From NCBI GenBank assembly GCA_002269645.1, contig NIVC01000769.1:248882-312881 (forward strand): DNA of 64,000 bases. The letters are read 5' to 3'. Under the pieces are notes generated by a model, which saw only the letters and a list, made by a program, of their open reading frames with translations, did no database searches and was not told the DNA's origin. The position numbers and the translations under genes are program-made. Source of the stretch: Macrostomum lignano. Lineage: Eukaryota. Below, piece by piece: positions 12,761 through 22,963 of the stretch (position 1 is its first letter; each line of letters opens with the position of its first letter).

Positions 12761-14747
12761 TTAAAACCTACGAGTACAAACTTCACAAATCATAGTCGTT
12801 TAGTTGGTTCCAGCCCAGGTGGGTTCAGAAGTCCTTGACTGGACTCGCACCGCCAGAGCAGGTCCTGAATAGCATCCCAGTGTTGGACAAGCTGCAGTTA
12901 TTTATAGACTCAATGCGTCATTCTCCTACAATGCAGGCCTGTGGGAGGGCGCAATTTCATAATTATCATATTATTGTCAATAATTAGTTGCAGCTAATTA
13001 GCCGATTACACTGGCCTCAGTCTGACGCCGGCCCATAATATTGATAGGCTGCAGAGTGTTGGGTGACATCATGCCTGCCCCGCACAGTGTCATCTGGGAG
13101 CTGCTCCATCCCTAATCATTCTGGGATCATGTCCGCCACCAGCCCCCATCATATAGATAGCAGCGCGTTTGATGCCTCCCGCGTGAGCGAGCCAGCCAGC
13201 CTGACATTGATTTAATAGCGGGATCAATTAGGCTAAATTAATTCGCGGCCGGCCAGCCAGAGCCTCTCTGCCGGTCAATAATGCTAATAGAATTGTTTGA
13301 CCGCCATTAGCCGCTCTGAGGTGCGGCACAGACGGCCGGACGGACGGACAGGCTCGCCGCTGCTGCTGGGGGGCTGCTAGCGATCGAGGCGGCGAGGCAA
13401 TCCTCACTTCTCTGCAACCCGCCGGATATTGCCGGGTCGCGGGGTGGGCCGCCATTTGCCGACTTAATTACACAGCCTATTAAGCTATTAGCTGAAGGGG
13501 CGCCCGGGTCTGTTTGCTTCTGGGAACAAGCGCGGAAGCAAGCGGATTTTCTTGCCGCTATTTTTTACACTGCGAGTAGGGGGGGGGGCGTTTGGGAAAT
13601 CCTTAAACAAAGAGCGGGACAAGGAAGGGATGCTTCTGTGTGCCAAGGGGGGAGGCAGAAAGATTTCCCAATACCGGCTTCTCAGTCGAAGGAAGGAAAT
13701 TTCCTGTCGCAAGCGCCCCCTGTACCTCCTGACAGGAACAAATCATTTTGTCGTCTCTGCGCGTCTCTGGCCTCCAAGTCCAGGTCCGACTGCGGAAAAG
13801 AAGCTGCGCCTTGTGCTTGGCCGGCAATTGCCGATGAGGAAGTAGGGGGGGGGGGCTATAATTAATTAGAGCAAATTGGCGGCAGCAATTCCCAGGGGGA
13901 AAAAAGAGCTGCTCAGCATGCGGAGGGCGGAGGGCGGAGTGGCGGAGGTTGCAGTTGAGGTGGTCCGCGACTCAAAATTCTGTAAACACGTGTCGGTGCT
14001 GCCCAGTCTGAGGTGCCGGCAGCTGCATTATGAGACCTTCTATCCGCGGGTGGCTAATTATCCCAGGTGCGCCGCCGGCTCGCTAACCAATTAAATTCCA
14101 TCCTTCAGTCAATTGAATTAGTTGGGCTTTGAGGCGCCACAATTGTTTGCCTGCCGCCCTGTCTCAGTTTTGGGGGGGGGGGTGGCTCTGCAGGCGCACT
14201 GGGCTTCTCATTTCTGGCACTCTTTGCTAATTGAATCTGATGAAGACAAGAAGCTGGCTAAACTCAAGCAACAAGGCAAATATTAAAGCGTCAGAACTGG
14301 ATGGGGCTAGGCGTATAAGAATCTATTTCCATTAATGCTAATAATATTGATGATAACAACAATAATGATAATAATAATACTAACACTAACCCGCAACCCC
14401 ACAAGCAGCAAAAGGAAGGCAAAGGCGGCGGGTTGGCAGCGAGCACAAAGTAGCGACGAGGTGGGGAAGGCGACCCCTTCAGATGTTGCATTTATTTTGC
14501 GCAATACACGGGCGTACGTTGAATTCGAAATTGATCGATAAAACCGGGAGAATAAAACAAGAGAAATAAACAAAATAAAAAATCTGAGCACTTGCACACA
14601 AACGGCCAAGCCAGAAAATACTGGGTTTAAGAACCCCCGGCACGCGGCGGAGGGGGGGGCCGGAGGAGAGGTGGGCGTAGAGAGTGGGGTGGGGTTAACA
14701 CACTTTACACTGAGGCCCACGGAGCAGGCCTAGTGTAAAGTAGACAA

Positions 14748-14850
14748 TAATATTCTCAGAAGGGCGCCCACAACCAGCTGTCAGGCATGTACACTCTCTG
14801 TGCCTTGGGGGTTGGCCCTCATGGCTTTGAATCGCACGACAACCCCCAGA
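14748..14850 (-). mobile_element. SINE family A fragment (no tRNA head, internally deleted)
   Basis: TCAGGCATGTACACTCTCTGTGCCTTGGGGGTTGGCCCTCATGG..GAATCGCACGACAACCCCC nearly matches 3705-3775. Confidence 0.75.
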
Positions 14851-16526
14851 TTGATTCGTTCAGCCCCCCCCCCCCTGATCCGTCCAGATGAAACAGCATC
14901 TCGGGCCAAACGCATACTGGCTTCTATTGGACTGTCCTTCACGGAAAGCTGTTCAGGACTACCAGCGGTCCTTGGTTGCAGTCAGGAGACCAGCAGGCAG
15001 CTCTGATCACACTCCATCGCCCCGCTGAGGAAGTATCGCATCGCACAACAAATTCCATTCTTGTTGTTCGCCTTTGGCTCTTAACAAAACACGCCAACCT
15101 CCCTCCTTCCTCAGCTTCTCCCTCGCCTCATCCGCTTCTCTGCCTCCCCAATTTAAAAGGCTAATCCTGCGGCCCATCAGGAAAAGCCCCCCCCCCTCAA
15201 ACGAGCGGCGTTGCATTTCATAGAAAATTTCCTGCTCCGCTCATTCAGCACTGGAATAGGGGGGGGGGGGGGGGCTGCGTGAGCTGCAGAACCGATTTCT
15301 GCGGAGTGGGGGTAGTAGAAGAAAGAATTGGCTCCTTAAGGAGGCCCCAGCCAGCGCAGAACTGCTGGGACTGCTTGGCTGACTGGCAGGAGAGCGGCGT
15401 CTCATCCGTCACATTTCATTGGAGACCAGCCAGCCGTAAAATTGGCCAATCAGGGCCGGCACCGCCGCTTGAAAAGGCTCTGCCCAGCGCTAGGGAGAAA
15501 CTGGGATCGGGCAGGCTTAATGTTGTCTTAATTGATCCATTAAAGTTAACTGGACCGGCGCGAGGCCAGGCCAGTGCGTAGTGCCGGTCTGGTACAGAAA
15601 TTCTCTCAGGCAAGGAGCCAATCCCAAGATTGCTTAGAGCGACTTTTCCACTATCTGCATCAATTTTGTCATTGTATTCCCAGTCTGAGCAGAGCATGAG
15701 TTCCTTGATTTCTTTGTAAGCTAATGGAGTGGCAGGCAGAGTTTTTGCGGAAGACTCGCGCATTCCAATGCAATAATTATTAATAATTAGGCTTCCTCCC
15801 GCTAATTGCCGGCCCCAAACCTCTGTCAGCGGCCGCTGCCTCTCTGAACTCCGCGCCTCTTTCCGTTACCCCAGCCACTCGTCTTAAGTGCTGCGAAGGC
15901 ATAATTCTATTAATTTTTGCGCACAAAGCAACAGTGCCATTATTCTTCTTTTTAATTGTAGCCAGACGACTGCGTGGCAGCGGAGAGCTTGCCTACCGAC
16001 AGTTTCCAGCTTTAAGATCCATTTTTTTCTGTTCCCTGGAATTGAAAGATTTTTTGCATCATTAAACAGCCTGCTGGCAAGGTAAATAATGTGCGTGAGT
16101 GAGACACACGGACGTAATTGCTGCAGCCTCTGAAATCCCTGACCAGCACAGCTATTCAATAGTTTGCTTGCCGGTCTCTCGGGACTCGAGAGCTCGGAAG
16201 CTGCACAGGGAAGAAGCACCTTCCCTGGCATCATGGAGCTCCTGCCTTTTAACAGGACTTGAAACCAAAGCTGCTCACGCAATTGTAAATTTGATGGCCA
16301 AAGCTTGTGAGCATCATTATTGAATTGCTAAATCACCAGCAACTGAACTCTTGGCTTGTAGAGAAATATATAACACTGTGCTACTCGTATCGGCTACTTT
16401 AAGTAGTGTAGCGCAGCAATACTCGTGCCCTAAAAATTCATGAGCTTGCTTATAAATTCGCTCATGAACTCGCTCATGACCACACTCAAGATCTTACTTA
16501 TATACTCACTCTATCACTTACTCATG

Positions 16527-16529
<3 letters not shown>

Positions 16530-16564
<35 letters not shown>

Positions 16565-17298
16565 AATACGCGACCCCGCATGCACAGTCACAGTTGGAGC
16601 AGGGCGCGTCAGATGGCGCGCTGCAGAGCCTGAGAGCGAACGAAGTCCGCTCCGTTGGCAGTGTCGGGCGCCCCAGCGTCGCACAGCAGGCAGTCCACGT
16701 ATCGACGGGTTCGGGCCCGACCCCGCCTGAACGGACCCTGCAAGGTGAGCAGCAGGACGTCCTGAACAAGTTGGGGGCAGTAGCTCTCGGCCCGGATCAT
16801 GTGGCCCGCCAGTTGTAGTCGCCGCCGGCGCAGGATAATGGACGGGCGCTGCAGCTTGGCCCGATCGTTCAGGGCCTCGGTCCCGACGCTCTCGTCAGCT
16901 CAAAAGGCCGCATTGAGCAGCCCTGAGTGCGCCGAGTGCAGCTGCCGCTTTAGCGTAGCCGTCAGCGTCCACGTCTCGGCGTTGTAGAGCAGGATGGTTT
17001 CGACCATCGCCTGCCACAGCCGAGCCCTCTGGCGGTCGAGCAGCGTTTCGGATTGGACAACGGCCCGGATCGAGCGCAAGGCCGCTCAGGCAAGTCCTCT
17101 GCGCCGCCGGAGGTCTTCCTCTACGTGAGGCACCAGACCGCCGAGGTAGGTGAACCGCTGGCAGCGTGCGAGCCTGGTCGTCTGGGTCCGCTGGGATGTC
17201 GGCCAGCACGTGCATTCAGCACCTCGGTCTTCAGCATGTTGACAACCAGACCGACGCTCGATGCCACCTTGACCAGCCTGTCGATCTGGCGCTGGGCG
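16530..17298 (-). mobile_element. 5'-truncated, inactivated non-LTR retrotransposon (RTE-like RT C-terminus) with (GTT)n tail and 9-bp TSD
   Basis: Minus-strand translation includes AQRQIDRLVKVASSVGLVVNMLKTEVL, RFTYLGG, and LWQAMVETILLYNAETWTLT, with premature TGA codons and frameshifts. (AAC)n tail at ~16527-16563. CTCATGAAC flanks both ends (16521-16529, 17299-17307). Confidence 0.88.
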
Positions 17299-17302
17299 CT
17301 CA

Positions 17303-17620
17303 TGAACTCATAAACTCATGAAATAACAAATGAACTCACTCATGCACACACTCATGCACTCACTCATGCACTCACTCAATTACTCACTCATGCACTCATT
17401 TATGCACTCACTTACTCATGCACTCATTCATGCACTCACTCATGCACTCACTCATGCACTCACTCAATCACTCACTCATGCACTCACTCATGCACTCACT
17501 TATGCACTCACTTACTCATGCACTCTTTCATGCACTCACTCATGCACTCACTCATTTAATCACTCATGCACTAACTTCTGTAGTCGCTCATGACCTCACT
17601 CATGACCTCACTCACGAACT
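17303..17620. repeat. (CACT/CATG)n low-complexity repeat, ~12-bp ACTCATGCACTC
   Basis: Direct reading; the same motif occurs at 16440-16520 and, inverted, at 44890-44948. Confidence 0.9.
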
Positions 17621-17976
17621 CTCTGGCTCATTAGATATCATAAGTTTCTTCGCTACTAAAAAGCACTTAAAATGAAACGAAGTGAAAATGTTTAAGAATT
17701 GCAATACAATGCTCCGGGGAATTCTTGTATTTGCTGAAGAATTATAAAATAAAATGAGCAAGCAATTTTGTTCTCAATTCTTTCTTTCTTGCAATAATTT
17801 TTAGAGCCACTCGATCCTCTTAACATGGCCAACCAGAACAGGTTTCTTCAAAAGGTTTTGCTTGCAGAAAAACCGTTAAAAATGAGACACAGAAACTGAT
17901 CCCACACCAGCTTTGGGTTCGCCCAGCAGAAAGTTTCAGAGGGAGTGGTGAACAACGGAAGTCCTCAGTCTGGTTG

Positions 17977-19882
17977 TCACTTCTTATCCGGCGCGGCGGC
18001 TGACGCGGTCGGCGCGGGCGAGGCGCCACCGGCCTTAGCGCCGGCTTGCCGCTTGCGCAGCATTTCGGCCAGCTCGTCGCGATTCGCCAGCAGTTTGTGC
18101 CAGTACTCCGGCTTGTTCTCCCAGAAGTCCTTGCTCCGACAGAACCACTCAAAGTAGCAGTGATGCTCGCCCTCGGGGAAGTAATAGTACACCGGCCGGC
18201 CGCATTCCGTCCTCTGCTGCTTTTTCTCCTTGTTTTCTTTGAAGAAGTTTTCGACATTCAGCTTCATAAGGCCGGTAAGGCCCGCAGTTTCAAGGTTGTG
18301 AGCGTACATCGACAGGTCAAAGATGTTCAGCAGGTGCTTACGGATGCCGATGTAGTTCACGTCGGCGAAGTCGATTTTCTTTTCAACGAAGCCGCAGTAG
18401 TTGGGGTCGCCCATCTTGGCCATGTCCACCATCATGTCCTTCATCTGGGAGCCGCCGTCCCCCCATTTGTCGTTTCGCTCTTCAAAAAAGTCTTTGTACT
18501 TTTCTATTTCTTGCTCAACATCCTCAGTGAGATGGCCAAGCTTTTTGCCGGACTCCTTCTTGAGGAAGAACCAAAGGTACTGCTTTTCCTCGTACAGAAC
18601 CTCATCACCAGTCTTCATAGTCATGTCCTCCTCACCGCGGTCCTTCAGCTCTTGAAGCTTCATCATCTGCCTATCGAACATGCCGTCCCAGGGAAAGTGG
18701 TTCTTGAGCAGTCGCAGCAGCACGTAGCAGGAGGACTCAATCTCACACAACGGAGTCCGCGGCGCCATCTGGTGGTTGGAGCGAGGCGCCCACCTGCGGT
18801 TGCCCAGCGGAGCCACCAGAGTAGATGTCCAGGTCTCCTTGTACTTTGTCACAAGACCATAATCGATCAGGTAGATAGTGTTGCCGTTCTCACCTTTGCC
18901 AGTCATCAGCTGATCGCACTTGAGATCATTGTGGGTCAGGCCTAGAGCCGTGTCCTGAATGCACTGCATCCTGGCGAAGAACTGATCCCCAACCATGAAG
19001 ACGGTGCTGACATCAGCGGGGAGTTTTGCATATTGGTTGCTGTTAAGTAAAATCTATAGTATCGCCGAAAGTGTACAAAGAAAAGACAAAATTAAGAATC
19101 CTACCGAGTTGACAGACGCTGCTCGTTTTGACGGCAATTGTAGCTGCAGATTTCCATCATGTCCTCCATATCCGGGCCGCAGATTTCGAACATGAGAAAG
19201 TGAAAGCCGTACATTTTGGTCTTTTTCGAGCTCTCAATATGCATGTAGGTGTAGTCGCCAAGGTGACCAAACGCGTACGGTCGAGTGAAGCCCCGGGTAT
19301 CTTTGTAGCCGAACCTAATAGGAAATGCAAGTACGACCGGCTCCAAGCAACTATTGCTATGTCCATAGAAATATAAATTGAAAATTTAATAAATAAACTG
19401 AAATATTACCTAGAAAAAATGTTGTTCAGTGTGTTGTACTCCTTGTAAACAGAGAATCTCTCGGGGTCTGCGTCTGGTAGGTTCTTAGGTGTAATGGGGA
19501 AGTTCTCCACTTGGAAGAGAAACGCTGTTTCGCATTTCATGGCCACGCCTTGGTTTTTCTTCAGTACCACGTCCGATTTATTGGGCGCCTTCAGGGCCTC
19601 TACCTGATTAAGGTATTCGTGCTTCTCGTCCCTGCCCAGTGTGACAGTAATGCTTTCGAGATCGTCGAATGTGACATCCTTCTTGGCCGTGACGAGAAAC
19701 ACGTGACCGAATGCTCCAGCGCCCAGAAATATAGCAGATTCTGAGTTGAAACTCTTCTTCAAGATCGGATCCTTGTAGATTTCGTTAGAGTAGAACTCGG
19801 TCAGCTTCTTCTTGACGATTTCCTCCTTCTCGGCCGGATTCACTGTCCTCTTTTTTGACCGCTTCTTGCTAGCGTCAGCCAT
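17977..19882 (-). CDS. Divergent casein kinase 1 (CK1/TTBK/VRK group)-like kinase, ~582 aa; exons 19410-19882, 19105-19350, 17977-19006
   Basis: GAGAFGHVF glycine loop, VAMK lysine, FEICGPDMEDMM (CK1 MELLGPSLEDLF), spliced QRLSTRTVFMVGDQ (CK1 RKFSLKTVLMLADQ), HNDLKCDQ catalytic loop, IYLIDYGLVTKY. Splice phases consistent; total 1749 nt. Confidence 0.87.
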
Positions 19883-20452
19883 GGCTTTAGAGCGTCCGCA
19901 CTATATCGCCTGGATATAGCTTTGGGAACAAATATAATTGAGTAACTAGTGCTTGATTCTCTGCACGGCGATATAGAAAAACTCAGCACTGTACTTGTAA
20001 GAACACTAGTAGAATATGCCAATATCCATAGACGACGACTTGAGACTGAGCTGCGTAGATCAAAGCAGAAATTTTGTCTACGGCATTGATTCAAGCCTAA
20101 AAATAGCTATTGGCTTGGCTTTGTCCCGTGCGCATAAACGTTTTCGAATGCTTTAAAAGTTCATCAATTTTTTAAGTGCATTGACTATAATCAGGCATCG
20201 GATCGGCATCATGACAATAGGCACCTTGACCCCCCGTGATGCGAGTGTACACAAACAAGTCAAAAGTCAACTAGAGGTGAAATATTTCCAAATAAATTAA
20301 ATGATCCTTAAACTATTTGTAGACAGTGGGAAAAATTGCAATTCTTGCTTAATAATTCTACAACACAACAACAAAATACGTTGTCAGCCAGTCAAACGAG
20401 AGACGTCACAGGGCGCGTTTCAGGGCCCTAGGCGCGAACGTAGGCCGCACCA

Positions 20453-20530
20453 CCGGCAATGTCCGGGGCGCCGGCAATGTCCGGGGCGCCGGCAATGTCC
20501 GGGGCGCCGGCAATGTCCGGGGCGCCGGCA
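20453..20530. repeat. Four perfect 18-bp GC-rich repeats (CCGGCAATGTCCGGGGCG)
   Basis: Direct reading; each unit contains a GGGGCG GC box. Confidence 0.9.
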
Positions 20531-21854
20531 TCAGCTAGCCAGCAGGCAGTCGACGAAACGCCGAGTGCGCGCCTGCCCCCTCCGGTAGGGTGTCTGCAGC
20601 GTGAGCAACAGCACCTCCTGCACCGAATGTAATAATATAAATAATAATAATAATAATAATAATAATTGTCCTAGCTAATTCCAATCAGGTTTAAGTAAAC
20701 TCCAGGTGAGCAGCCAGGTGCAACTACATTGCACTCGACCTTGCTTCTGATATCGTTTTGCATTCGTATTGTAGGCTGCATTCACGGTGCGGATTGTTCC
20801 AGATCTTTAAATTGTCCAGCTTAGCTACTTCATTTTTTATATGTACACCATCACACAGAGTTACCCACAAGTCCCATGGCCATTGTATTTCATTTCAACC
20901 TAAACTTTCTTTAAAGTTGCCTCTCTTCAGAGTCTTTTTTAAGTATTTCCAGTCAAAGAAGGAAGTATTATATTGATGTAATTAACTGCGGATTATTTGC
21001 CCGTCAGCTTGCTCAAATGTTTGTGTGGCATTCGAAATTGCCGACAGACTAATATGTATTATGTGGAGAACCAAGCGTCATGAATCCATAAAGGCTTAGA
21101 AAGCTGGGAGAGATCGGAACCCGGATGTTATAATCTCAAATTGTGATATATGGTGTGAAAGAAAGCTGATAAATTAGCATAAATACGCTCGTATAATGGG
21201 TCAAGGGAGCTAGCAATTAACTTGAAGTAAAAAGATAAAGCCTGTCAACAAAACCTTTTGAGGTGTAACTCTACTGAGTGGTAGCAAACTCTTTAATGGT
21301 GTATCTACATATTGTAGGACCAAAGATCGGACCATTAGTCTAGAAGTCCTTGATCCTCGCCTTCTGCTTTGCCTGATGTCTCGTATACTGCTTCATATTT
21401 TTTTATTTAGTCAACCCCAAACCATACACGGGATTCGGAAATAGCCTTCGAATTTAGGAAAGAATTTGTTTCAAAGAAATTTTAACAGTACAGTTTAGTC
21501 GGTGTTTGGACAGCATAATTTCTTTCAGTAGCAGAAACTCTGTGTTAAAACAGGCAATCGACCTCGAATTGAGTACAAACTTAAAACCGATATTTTCTGA
21601 GAAACTTCTGCGAAGCACCAAGTTTCCAGCTCACAGATGGCTTGATTGATTGAAAGTCTAGAATTTCATAAAATAATGCTGTTGCCTGTGAACCTAGACT
21701 TTTATAACAATGTTTTTTCTCCTTAATAATGGGATAAAATCAATCAATTTACCCTAATCAACTGTTTTAATTCTAAAAACCTTACTTGGTAAATTTTTAC
21801 GCTAGTAGAAGTCACAAACTTCATTCGTCTTGTATATCAATAATTTCGATTCGA

Positions 21855-22845
21855 TCAGTCAATTCATTAAAAAAATATGATTATACTATAGCCTAGGTAT
21901 ATTCACTAAGTTATATATACAAAAACTAATCTATTTATTGATAGCTATGGTTGCTTTTAGAAAAAATCTAAACTAGAAGCTAGGATAGGACATGTTAACA
22001 CTCAACCTTATTTTTTAAACATGTGAAACAAAGTCCTATACAAGATTGTATGTTTACATTTCATCTGCTAAGAAAATAGAAAAATAAATGGTTCTATTAA
22101 TTTAAAGAAACATTTCTAGCAGCTATAAATTTTAACATGAATTTATTAATTAGTCTTGACATGGTAATTGATAGGAAATGGTAATTTTATTTAAACATAG
22201 TCCAAGTCATAAATAAATATTAGGAATAAAATTTATATAAAGTCTATAATCTAAAACTTTGTTTAAAGATCATAGAATAGAAATGTTAACAAACTTTATA
22301 TTTATAATAAAAGAAAATATTTTTGTCTTACAAAGTATTTATAGAAAGATAATGCATATATCATTTAAATACTTAGCATGCCTTTTATTACCAAATTATC
22401 ACTAATTTCTACAATATTCCAAAATAAAAAAACATGATCTTTATATATGTATATAAAGATAGATATAATCTATATCTATATTATAGATAGATATAATATT
22501 TTGATATATTAACTAAATAACATTATTTATGATATAATTTGCTAGTTTTGCTAGATTTGCCAATTTTTTTAAATATTGTTGTGGTAGAAGCAAATATGCT
22601 ATAAAATCTTGTTACTAGATTTCCTAAAGCTTTGGAGATTCTTAAATAAATGAAACTAGTTTTATTATAAAACAGTTATAACACAGGATGGGGCAAGCCA
22701 ACATAATTAAAGATCAAAAGAAGACTAGCCTTATTATAACTCAGTTCAAATTCAAGCCTTCAAAATCCTATATATGATTTTTCTATTTGGTAATAGAGAA
22801 GGCACTTCTAAATCTGCAGTTAACTCTCATTGTTAAGAGTTAGTA
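21855..22845. other. AT-rich island with no CpG dinucleotide
   Basis: No CG found by manual scan between the CGs at ~21852 and 22846; no ORF of 60 aa or more in the track. Confidence 0.75.
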
Positions 22846-22963
22846 CGAGTGTAGCAGAAAAATGAACAAAACAACTCTTAGATCTGCGATTAGAATTAGA
22901 TTCTGATAACTGATTTCTGCAGCAATAAATAGCTCCAGCACTTGTGCACGGCTCTTCTCCCTG

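Noticed and set aside
18046-18945. 299-aa plus-strand ORF
   Set aside because: Antisense shadow of kinase exon 3.
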